Shown here in pieces: positions 7,654 through 15,624 of a stretch of DNA of 24,314 bases. The stretch lies in assembly GCA_043779265.1 (NCBI GenBank), contig JAYWEM010000074.1, positions 1 through 24,314 of the forward strand, given 5' to 3'. Under the pieces are notes generated by a model. That model saw only the letters and a list, made by a program, of their open reading frames with translations, was not told where the DNA came from and ran no database searches. A program made the translations under genes and the position numbers. Positions within the stretch are counted from its first letter, which is position 1. Each line of letters begins with the position of its first letter. This DNA comes from a bacterium (lineage in GTDB: Bacteria > Eisenbacteria > RBG-16-71-46).

Positions 7654-8726
7654 GCGACGAGGCTCTCCGCTTGCTGGGTCGAAGTTGCGCTGGAGGCCGC
7701 ATCGGACTCGGCTTCACCGCGCATCCGTCCGAGCATGAACCACACGATCCCGGCGATGACGAGCAGCAGGATGACGAGTGCGACGATCAGCAGTTGCAGC
7801 GTTCGAGTACGGGCCTTGCTCGAAACAGGCGCCGACGGAGCGTCAGCGCGCGGCTGGGGCGGTGCCGCGGAGACGCGTGCGCGAGGCGCTTCGTGAGCCT
7901 CATAACCGCCGTCGCCGCCGTCGCCACCCTCGATGCGGGCCAGCGCGACGGTGATGTTGTCCGGGCCGCCCCGCTCATTGGCGAGGGCGATCAGCGTTCG
8001 GCAGGCGCGATCGAGCGAGCCATCCGAGGCGAGCTTGGCGATCTCCTCATCACTCAGCTGCCCGTGCAGACCATCGGAACAGACCAGGACCGTGTCGCCC
8101 GGCAGCAGCGGCTCGCCCATGCGGTCGGCGTCGATATCGACCACGGCGCCCACGCCGACGCTGCGGGTGACCACGTTGCGGCGCGGGTCGTGGCGGGCAT
8201 CCTCGGCGGTGATCTGACCGCGGGCGACCAACTGCGCCACGAGCGAGTGGTCGCTCGTGATCTGCGTCATGCGGCCCGAACGGACGAGATACGCGCGCGA
8301 GTCCCCGACATGCGCGAACGTGAGCGTGTCGCCGAGGATCGCCACGGCCGTGCACGTGGTGCCCATGCCCTGGAGGTCCTGGCGCGTGCGGCTGTGCTCG
8401 TGCACCTCGGTGTTGGCGGTGTCGACGGCGCGGTGGAGCGCCGCCTGGGCGTCGCCCGAGGTGTCCTCCTCGAACTCGCGCACGACGGCCTCGACGGCCA
8501 TGCGGCTCGCAACTTCGCCGGCGTTGCTGCCGCCCATGCCGTCACAGACCACGAGCAGGGTGTCGGCCGCGTGCGAGCGTCCGCTCCCGTCAGAGACCCA
8601 GAGAGCGTAGCTGTCCTCGTTACCGTGCCGTCTGCGCCCCACATCGGTCGCTGCGGCCGTGGCCGTACGCAAGTGCGTGGAACTCACGTCGCTCCTCGAG
8701 AGGCCGGGGGATCGCCCGGGCGTCAT
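7644..8726 (-). CDS. PP2C/PPM-family Ser/Thr phosphatase (Stp1/PstP-like) with C-terminal TM anchor
   Basis: TDVGRRR..NEDS, VVCDGMGG..AGEVAS, GMGTT, AHVGDSRAY, DHS, CSDGL, GGPDNIT; TM 'LLIVALVILLLVIAGIVWFML'. Overlaps both neighbours. Confidence 0.93.
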   Translation of the reverse strand: MTPGRSPGLSRSDVSSTHLRTATAAATDVGRRRHGNEDSYALWVSDGSGRSHAADTLLVVCDGMGGSNAGEVASRMAVEAVVREFEEDTSGDAQAALHRAVDTANTEVHEHSRTRQDLQGMGTTCTAVAILGDTLTFAHVGDSRAYLVRSGRMTQITSDHSLVAQLVARGQITAEDARHDPRRNVVTRSVGVGAVVDIDADRMGEPLLPGDTVLVCSDGLHGQLSDEEIAKLASDGSLDRACRTLIALANERGGPDNITVALARIEGGDGGDGGYEAHEAPRARVSAAPPQPRADAPSAPVSSKARTRTLQLLIVALVILLLVIAGIVWFMLGRMRGEAESDAASSATSTQQAESLVAWR

Positions 8727-10024
8727 CCGCGCGCTTCGTAGATCAGATGCACCTCAGGGCCCAGGCTGATGCGATCCCCGTCCGCGAGAACACGGCGCGA
8801 GATCCGCTCGCCATTGATGTAAGTGCCATTCTCCGAATTCAGGTCCACCAAATCAACTTGCCCCCCGCCCTTGGGTTCCAGAAGAGCGTGGCTTCGAGAG
8901 ACATGGGCCTCAGGCAACACGATGTCGTTGCCCGCAGCTCCCCCGAGTGAGACCGGAAGAGCCAGAAGCTCATACCATACCCCGTCATCGTCGTCTCCAT
9001 CATGCACCAACAGCCCTCTTTGGCGCCGCCGCATCAGGAACCAAGCCGCCGCCGCTGCGATCAGGGCCACTGCGCCGAGCAGCCACGGCAGCGGCGAGCG
9101 CCACCACGGATCGGGAAGCGCTTCTTTCGTCTGGTAGGTCGTCTCGGCGCGCCGGGCCGATCCGCCCTGAGCAGCGGTCACGATCAATTGGTGCGTCGTC
9201 GCCTTCGAGTCCCACCCCGGCGCCCGGAACGAGAGCACCCATCGCTCTCGGCCACGCTCGACTTGAGCCGTGAGCGCCGAAGCGAGTTCCGTGGGCGACG
9301 GGACTCGGCCGTAGGCCCCGGCGGTGTGCACGGCAAGTCGCTGCAACCGCTCACTCTCGCTTGACGACCCGGCATCCCCGACCACCGTCACGAGGACGGG
9401 CGTCAGCCGCGAACGACTGCGCGCCAGAGCGAGCACATCGAGCAGGGCTCTGGAGCTTCCGCCGTCGGCCCCTCTCGTCACGAGCATCACCACCGCGCCA
9501 TGATCCTCGGCGGCGCGCGATGCTTGGCGAACCGCGTCATGGAGTGCGTCGTAGATCCGCGGCGTCTCCGAGTCGGCGAGCGACTCGAGCCGCTCCGCCA
9601 GCTTCTCGGCGTCCTTCTGGTCGGCCTCGAGCGCCCGCACGCGACCGCCGGCCGAGAGGATGCGCAGTCGGTCGCCCGGCCGCAGGCTGCGCGCCACCTC
9701 GCGGACCGCGTCCTGGATCCCCGCGAGTGAGTTGCCCCGCAGCATCTGGCCGTCCAACACCAGCGTCAGGGTCGCCCGCTCGTAGTGGCGCAGCGTGGAG
9801 GTGGCCACGAGGTCGACCACCGACGCGCCATCGAGCTGGACCTCGAACCCGTTCTCCAGCGCATCGACCGGTGTGCCGGCATCGTCGAGCACCGAGACGA
9901 GCACGCGGTGCTGGTCGCGTCCCCTGACGCGCACATCGTCGATCGTGAGCGTGGCGGGGACGGCGAGGACGCACGTGGGAACAAGCGCGAGCACGGCGGC
10001 GAGGAGGAACGATGGGCCTCTCAC
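8723..10024 (-). CDS. Signal peptide - vWA-like domain - TM - cytoplasmic FHA protein
   Basis: GTGA overlap with the upstream stop. vWA-like order 'LTLVLDG..TPRIYDAL..VVMLVTRG..LQRLAVHTAGAY'. TM 'WLLGAVALIAAAAAWFLMRRR'. FHA 'VSRSHA..VDLNSENGTYING'. Confidence 0.8.
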   Translation of the reverse strand: MRGPSFLLAAVLALVPTCVLAVPATLTIDDVRVRGRDQHRVLVSVLDDAGTPVDALENGFEVQLDGASVVDLVATSTLRHYERATLTLVLDGQMLRGNSLAGIQDAVREVARSLRPGDRLRILSAGGRVRALEADQKDAEKLAERLESLADSETPRIYDALHDAVRQASRAAEDHGAVVMLVTRGADGGSSRALLDVLALARSRSRLTPVLVTVVGDAGSSSESERLQRLAVHTAGAYGRVPSPTELASALTAQVERGRERWVLSFRAPGWDSKATTHQLIVTAAQGGSARRAETTYQTKEALPDPWWRSPLPWLLGAVALIAAAAAWFLMRRRQRGLLVHDGDDDDGVWYELLALPVSLGGAAGNDIVLPEAHVSRSHALLEPKGGGQVDLVDLNSENGTYINGERISRRVLADGDRISLGPEVHLIYEARG

Positions 10025-11814
10025 GGCTTCTCGAACCCGAACCGCTCGGGCGCCTCGGCGATGACGCGAACCGCGAAGATCTTGGGCACGTAGTTCTGGG
10101 TCTCCTCGGGTAACAGCCGATTCTGCACGAGGTACCAGAACCGCTGCGGGCCCTTCAGCATCGGGTCGGAGATCCGCTGCTTGGCGCGATCGATCGCATT
10201 GTGCCCGCGGTTGTAGCTCGCCAACACGAGCATGAAGTACTCGGGGCCCTGGTCGCGCAGCATCATGGCGATGTACTCGGCCGCCGCGCCCGTCGAGGGT
10301 TCGATGTGGGTGCGCTCATCGCGCGAGCGGTCGCCCAGATCCACCTTGAGGCCGAAGTCACGCGCAGTGCCCGGCATGAGTTGCCACAGGCCGAGCGCCC
10401 CGACCGGACTGATCTGCATCGGGTCGAGCCCGCTCTCCACCCAGGCGACATAGCAGAACGACTCCGGCAGGTGACGCGAGGCGAGCAGGTCGCGGATCCG
10501 AGGCTGGATGCTGCGAGAACGCTCGAGCATCTTGCGCATCGAACCCGGGAACCGCTGGTACTGGTCGACGAACTGCCACACCGCCTGCACGAAGCCATCG
10601 GGCACCGACTCCGGATCCTGTCCCAGTTCGACCGCATAGCGCCGGATCTGCAGGTCGACGTACTCGCGATTGGTGAGCGAGGCGATGCGCGCCGCCGAGG
10701 ACTGCAGCGTCTCGCTCGCCAGGGCGCGGGCGAAGTCGAACTCGCGCAACCCATCCGGGAGTTCGCGTGCGATGTCGCGGAACACGGTGCCCGGCTCCTT
10801 GAGCGAGGCCCCGCGTGGTGCGAGTTCGGAGAGCAGCAGCAGGTCGGCGGCGTACAGCAGATGCGCGCGCGCCATCTCGGCCTCACCCATGCGGGCGGCC
10901 TCGATCCCCTTCTCGGTGCTGGCGAGCGCCTGCGCATGCACTTGCGCGGCGAGACCGGCGACCTGGCGCTGCTCCTGCATGCCACGCGAGACATGGAAGG
11001 CGCCCCAGATGAGCAGCGAGACGACGAGCGCGGCGGCCGCGAGTGCGATGATCCGGCCCCAAGCCGGGACGATGCGGCGCTCGACCCGATAGGCGACATC
11101 GCCGAAGGAGACGGTGTCCCCCGGCCGAACCGGAGCGCGCAGCACGGGGTCCCCGTTCAATGTGGTGCCATTGCTGCTCTTGAGGTCGGTGACGAACAGC
11201 CGCTCGTCCTCGCGATCGAGTCGGGCGTGCAGCCGCGAGACGCTCTCGTCCTCGAGTACGAGTCCGGCCGACGGATCGCGCCCGACGGTCGTGATCGGGG
11301 CGCTGAGCGTCACGACTCGCGCACTGCCGCCGCGCGGCGTGAGCGTCCAGGCCTCCTGCGTGAATGCACTCCGCGAGGCCGGGCGCCCGGCTGCGACAGG
11401 CTCGGAAGCGACAGGGGAATCGTCGGTTCGGGCAGCACCGCGACCATCGGAGGCGGCTCCGCCTCGCTGCACTCGTCCACCAGCCGCTCGCGGCGCGTCA
11501 TCACCTCGTGCGACCTCCGTCGCCACGGCCGAGACCAGCTCGAGGCCGACATCGGGGCCCAGGCGCGCGCGCTGCCCGGGCTGCAATCGTTGCTGTTGGA
11601 TCGGCGCGTCATCGATGAACGTGCCATTGCGGCTGCCGAGATCCCGCAGGATCCACACCCCGCGCTCGCGCACCAACTCCGCATGACGACGTGAGATACC
11701 GGCGTCTTCGAGCACGACATCGCACTCGGGATCGCGCCCGAAGACGAAGCCGTCGGAATCGAGATCGAGATCGAATCGCCGACCTCCCTCGTCGATGCTC
11801 AGCCGATCGCTCAT
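10021..11814 (-). CDS. 2xFHA - TM - MltD-like lytic transglycosylase (SLT) fusion
   Basis: FHA1 'FGRDP..ISRRHA..DLGSRNGT', FHA2 'VGRDP..VSRLHA..DLKSSNGT'. TM 'IIALAAAALVVSLLIWGAF'. SLT motifs 'VESG', 'GALGLWQLMPGTA', 'LASYNRG', 'ETQNYVPKI'. Confidence 0.9.
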   Translation of the reverse strand: MSDRLSIDEGGRRFDLDLDSDGFVFGRDPECDVVLEDAGISRRHAELVRERGVWILRDLGSRNGTFIDDAPIQQQRLQPGQRARLGPDVGLELVSAVATEVARGDDAPRAAGGRVQRGGAASDGRGAARTDDSPVASEPVAAGRPASRSAFTQEAWTLTPRGGSARVVTLSAPITTVGRDPSAGLVLEDESVSRLHARLDREDERLFVTDLKSSNGTTLNGDPVLRAPVRPGDTVSFGDVAYRVERRIVPAWGRIIALAAAALVVSLLIWGAFHVSRGMQEQRQVAGLAAQVHAQALASTEKGIEAARMGEAEMARAHLLYAADLLLLSELAPRGASLKEPGTVFRDIARELPDGLREFDFARALASETLQSSAARIASLTNREYVDLQIRRYAVELGQDPESVPDGFVQAVWQFVDQYQRFPGSMRKMLERSRSIQPRIRDLLASRHLPESFCYVAWVESGLDPMQISPVGALGLWQLMPGTARDFGLKVDLGDRSRDERTHIEPSTGAAAEYIAMMLRDQGPEYFMLVLASYNRGHNAIDRAKQRISDPMLKGPQRFWYLVQNRLLPEETQNYVPKIFAVRVIAEAPERFGFEKP

Positions 11815-12335
11815 GCCGGATTCCTCAGGCGCAGACGCACTCGGAACGCCGAGGCTCCGGCCCGCAGCGTGTCACCCTCCTGCAGGATGTGGCGCTCGAC
11901 CCGCTGAGTCGCGATGAACGTGCCGTTGGTCGAATCGAGATCGATGAGGATCGCGGCGGCCACGCCGACCTCGAGCCGGAAGTGGTCTCGCGACAGGCCG
12001 GGATCGGGGATGGCGAGCAACGAGAAGCTCGCCTCCTCCTTGGGACCGCGACCCACTTTCCAGCGGCCGGGCTCGACATCGAATCGCTGCGGGACGAGCG
12101 GACCCGAGATCGCCTCGAGCCGCAATACCCAGTCGCTCTCGGGCTCGGCGGCGGGCGGCGGTGGGCCGACGGGCGGTGCCCCGAGGATGACCGTCATCTC
12201 GGTCATCTCCTTGGCCAAGGCAGCCCGGCCGCTGGCCCGAACCCACCCACAGCGAGTGCAGTTCGCCGCCTGCTTCGGGATCTCATGCCCCTCGGGGCAG
12301 TGCTTCACCACCTTGGGTCCGGGTCGCAGGAACAT
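11811..12335 (-). CDS. Small Zn-ribbon + FHA domain protein (first gene of operon)
   Basis: CPEGH..CTRC N-terminus; FHA 'VGRG..LSRDHF..DLDSTNGT'; ATGA overlap with the next gene. Confidence 0.85.
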   Translation of the reverse strand: MFLRPGPKVVKHCPEGHEIPKQAANCTRCGWVRASGRAALAKEMTEMTVILGAPPVGPPPPAAEPESDWVLRLEAISGPLVPQRFDVEPGRWKVGRGPKEEASFSLLAIPDPGLSRDHFRLEVGVAAAILIDLDSTNGTFIATQRVERHILQEGDTLRAGASAFRVRLRLRNPA

Positions 12336-12341
12336 GGGCGC

Positions 12342-12350
12342 AAGCTACCA
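12342..12350 (-). promoter_or_regulatory. Extended -10 element, candidate leaderless promoter of the operon
   Basis: Minus strand TGgTAGCTT, 6 nt upstream of ATG 12335; no adjacent SD. Confidence 0.5.
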
Positions 12351-12476
12351 CCCACCCCATCCCCATCCCAATGTGGCGCCGGGGGCCTCCGCCCGCAGCG
12401 GACCCGAGCCCGCGAAGCTCGTGTAACCTGAGCGCGCAAGCGATCGAACTCCAAACCGAATCGAAAGGATACGAAC

Positions 12477-12905
12477 ATGAAGAGCACGTCCACAGCCATC
12501 TGGGAAGGCACGCTGAAGGAGGGCAAGGGGGTCGTCTCCGCTGCCAACGGCGCGTTCAGCGAGACACCGTACTCGTTCGGCAAGCGGTTCGAGGGTGCCA
12601 CCGGCCCCGGCACGACTCCCGAGGAGATGATCGCTGCAGCGCACGCCGCCTGCTTCGCGATGGCGACCTCGGGCGAACTCGGCAAGGCGGGTTTCACGCC
12701 GACGCGGCTGGAAGCCAGCGCGACCGTCACGCTCGAGCCTGTCGACGGCAAGCCCACGGTGAGCAAGTCGCACCTGGTGCTCAAGGCGACCGTGCCCGGC
12801 ATCGACCAAGCGAAGTTCGACGAGATCGTGGCCGGCTCCAAGGCCGGCTGCCCGATCTCACGGCTGCTCAAGGCCGAGATCACGCTCGACGCCCGACTCG
12901 TCTGA
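12477..12905 (+). CDS. osmC: OsmC-family peroxiredoxin
   Basis: WEGTLKEGKG, YSFGKRFE, PEEMIAAAHAACF, KAGCPIS (both conserved Cys). AAAGGA SD; TAACCT -10-like box at 12424. Confidence 0.93.
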   Translation: MKSTSTAIWEGTLKEGKGVVSAANGAFSETPYSFGKRFEGATGPGTTPEEMIAAAHAACFAMATSGELGKAGFTPTRLEASATVTLEPVDGKPTVSKSHLVLKATVPGIDQAKFDEIVAGSKAGCPISRLLKAEITLDARLV

Positions 12906-12912
12906 TCGCGAG

Positions 12913-12942
12913 AGGGCCCGGGCCTTGTTGGCGCCGGGCCCT
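12913..12942. terminator. Hairpin between convergent osmC and histidine kinase genes
   Basis: AGGGCCCGG...CCGGGCCCT inverted repeat followed by TCGCGTTCTCT. Confidence 0.6.
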
Positions 12943-12977
12943 TCGCGTTCTCTCACGCGCGAGCGAGCAACCCGGAC

Positions 12978-15623
12978 TCAGCTGTCCGCTGGCCCCGGCC
13001 CCGGCGCCTGCCTCGTGCTCAGGCGCTGCACCAGACTCGCAAGGCTGAAGGGCTTTCCGATGAATTCGCAGTCTGGCGGGAGCATCGCGTCCTTCCCGCC
13101 CGGACGGTCATTGTAGCCGGACATCAGGATGATCCGCATCTTCGGGAAGCGCGCGCGCAGGTCATGAGCCAGATCGATCCCGCTCATGCCGGGCAGCACG
13201 ATGTCGCTCAGCAGCACATCGAACGCGGCCTCGCGCTGTGCGATCTCGATCGCCTCTCGCGGACTGCCCGCCACGGTCACGTCGTGGCCCTCCAAGCCGA
13301 TCGCGCGCTGAAGCAGCTCTCGCACCTTGACCTCGTCCTCGACGATCAGGATCCGAAGGTTCTCGGACGATCGATCGGTCGTCGGGCCAGCCATCGGGAT
13401 GGCCACGGGCTCCGGTCGCGAGAGCGGCTCGCTGCAGCCGGGAAGATGCACGTTGAACGTGCTCCCCAGGCCGAGTTCGCTTCGAACCGAGAGTCGGCCA
13501 CCTGCCTGGGTGACGATCCCGTAGCACGAGGCAAGGCCAAGCCCCGTCCCCTCGCCCTTCGGCTTGGTCGAGAAGAACGGTTCGAAGAGTCGCGCCTGCA
13601 CCTCCTCATCCATGCCGGTGCCGGTGTCGCTCACGGCGATCAGCACGCCAGGCGGCTCGATCTCCGCGGGCGTTTCGCCGCCCGCGGCATGCGCAGCGGC
13701 TTCATCTTCGCGGATCTCGATCGTGAGGACGCCGCCCTTGGGCATGGCGTCACGCGCGTTGACGGCGAGATTCAGGAGCACCTGCTCGAGTTGCACCGGG
13801 TCCATCAGGACGACAGCGGCGCGCTCCGGACGACTGAGTTGCAACTGCGCGCGACCCTGGAGTAGGTGCTTCAGCATCACCTCCATGCCGCCCACGACTG
13901 CCGCGGCATCAATCACCCTCGGTTCGATCGGCTGCTTCCTCGCAAAGGCGAGCAGCTGACGTGTGAGTGCTGCAGCCCGCTTGGAGCCATCCAGAATCGC
14001 GCGCGCTTCGTCGGCCTCGACGCTGCCGGGCGCGAGTTGCCGGGCGAGCCGCTCCGCATTTCCCATCGTCACCATGAGCAGATTGTTGAAATCATGAGCG
14101 ATGCCGCCGGCCAATCGGCCGATGCTCTCGAGTTTCTGCGACTGCAGGAACTGATGCTCGAGACGCCTGATCATCGTCAGATCACGGGCGACGGTGGAGA
14201 GGAACTCGACCTCCCCGTGCTGGTCCCGATGCGCGAGCACGACCTGCGAGACCGGGATCTCGCGGCCATCTCCAGCTCGAAGAATCGACTCACCGTGCCA
14301 ACTGCCGTCGCGGAGTGCCGCAGGGATCGCCTCCTCGAAGATCATGCGGCCCGACTCGTCCGGGTGGAGTTCCGAAATTCTCGTGGAACTCAGGTCCTCA
14401 TGGCGCGAGCGCCCGATCATCTGGCGGCCAGCCGGATTGATATACAACACTCGGCCATTGGGATCGGAGATGCCGATGAAGTCAGGGGTCGCATCGAGCA
14501 TCGAGAGCAGCCGTTTCTGGATCGCCTCGGCCACGGATCGCTCCCGGATCATGGCGGTGAAGGAGCGGAACAGCAGTGCCACCTCGCGATTCCCGGGTTC
14601 GGGCAGGGGAGCGGCGAAACCGCTCACGCCATAGTCGTGGAGCACCTTGCTGAGAGTCTCGACAGGACGCGCGACGTGATCCGCCAGGATCAGGCCGATG
14701 ATGAACACCGCCAGCATGAGCAGGCCCATCAAGAGCCACATCGGCGCAAGGATGCCGCGGACGAGCGCATCGACCTGAGCCCTCGGCACGACGACGACGA
14801 GCATGAGCTCGACTTCACGGAGTCTCGCGGAAGCCCCGATCCACCTCTCACTGTGGCGTGTGCCGTACCACGGCTCGGCGGCTCCGAGATGCGCGCCTGC
14901 GAAGAGGGAGTCCAACCGCCAGAATCCATCCGGCTCCTCCGCGCTGTCCGAGAGCCCCGCCGAGCGGGCGAGCACGCGACCCTCCTTGTCGAACAGGGCG
15001 ACCTCCCAGGCTTGCGGGAGATGCGCATCGGTGATCGACGAGTAGAGCGCCGGGTTGCGGTCCTGCGCACCGAGCGATGCAACGAGCACCCCGAGGATGA
15101 CGCCGCGGTCATCACGGACGGGGGTCCCCGCGGAGAAACTGCGGTTCCCCGCCGTCGAGATACGAGGAGCGCCGAAGTGCGTGCGGCCGGTGGCCATCGG
15201 GATCCTGAAGTAGTCGCGGTCTGACCGATCGGAGCCTTGGCGCTCGGGCTTGGTGGGGCGCAGGAGGATGCGGCCCCGGGCGTCGAGCAGCGTGTAGTCG
15301 ATGAAGTGCGAACTCGTGGCGTCCATCACGCGCAGGAGCGCATCCGCGCGCTCGGGGTTCATGCGCCGGATGTCCGCGATCCGCGCGGCCGCCTCGAGCT
15401 CGGTCCGGGCTGACCTGAATTCCCGGTCGATGGTCGTCGCGACGGCGGTCGCGCGCGCCACCAGGCGTTGCAACTCGCGCGCCTCGAGCTCGTGCCGAAG
15501 CCTCGGCTGCAGCACGAGCAGGAATGCCAGCGTGATCGCGAGCTGCAGCAGCAGCACGATGCCGGTGATCTGGGAGCGGAGCGACCACGGCATGCTGGCC
15601 GTCTTCTCTGGCAGTGGGCTCAT
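12978..15623 (-). CDS. Hybrid sensor histidine kinase: TM - Cache-like - TM - HAMP - PAS - HisKA - HATPase - REC
   Basis: Cache-like 'SDRDYFR'; PAS 'YINPAG'; H-box AGGIAHDFNNLL; N-box NLAVNARDAM; DTGTGM, FEPFFSTK, GTGLGL; receiver 'ILIVEDE..LSDIVLPGMSG..KPF'. Confidence 0.93.
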   Translation of the reverse strand: MSPLPEKTASMPWSLRSQITGIVLLLQLAITLAFLLVLQPRLRHELEARELQRLVARATAVATTIDREFRSARTELEAAARIADIRRMNPERADALLRVMDATSSHFIDYTLLDARGRILLRPTKPERQGSDRSDRDYFRIPMATGRTHFGAPRISTAGNRSFSAGTPVRDDRGVILGVLVASLGAQDRNPALYSSITDAHLPQAWEVALFDKEGRVLARSAGLSDSAEEPDGFWRLDSLFAGAHLGAAEPWYGTRHSERWIGASARLREVELMLVVVVPRAQVDALVRGILAPMWLLMGLLMLAVFIIGLILADHVARPVETLSKVLHDYGVSGFAAPLPEPGNREVALLFRSFTAMIRERSVAEAIQKRLLSMLDATPDFIGISDPNGRVLYINPAGRQMIGRSRHEDLSSTRISELHPDESGRMIFEEAIPAALRDGSWHGESILRAGDGREIPVSQVVLAHRDQHGEVEFLSTVARDLTMIRRLEHQFLQSQKLESIGRLAGGIAHDFNNLLMVTMGNAERLARQLAPGSVEADEARAILDGSKRAAALTRQLLAFARKQPIEPRVIDAAAVVGGMEVMLKHLLQGRAQLQLSRPERAAVVLMDPVQLEQVLLNLAVNARDAMPKGGVLTIEIREDEAAAHAAGGETPAEIEPPGVLIAVSDTGTGMDEEVQARLFEPFFSTKPKGEGTGLGLASCYGIVTQAGGRLSVRSELGLGSTFNVHLPGCSEPLSRPEPVAIPMAGPTTDRSSENLRILIVEDEVKVRELLQRAIGLEGHDVTVAGSPREAIEIAQREAAFDVLLSDIVLPGMSGIDLAHDLRARFPKMRIILMSGYNDRPGGKDAMLPPDCEFIGKPFSLASLVQRLSTRQAPGPGPADS

Positions 15624-15624
15624 G

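Noticed and set aside
5236..12335. Type VI secretion locus
   Set aside because: Kinase, PP2C and FHA resemble T6SS regulators, but no tssB/C, hcp, vgrG, tssL/M or clpV is in the window.
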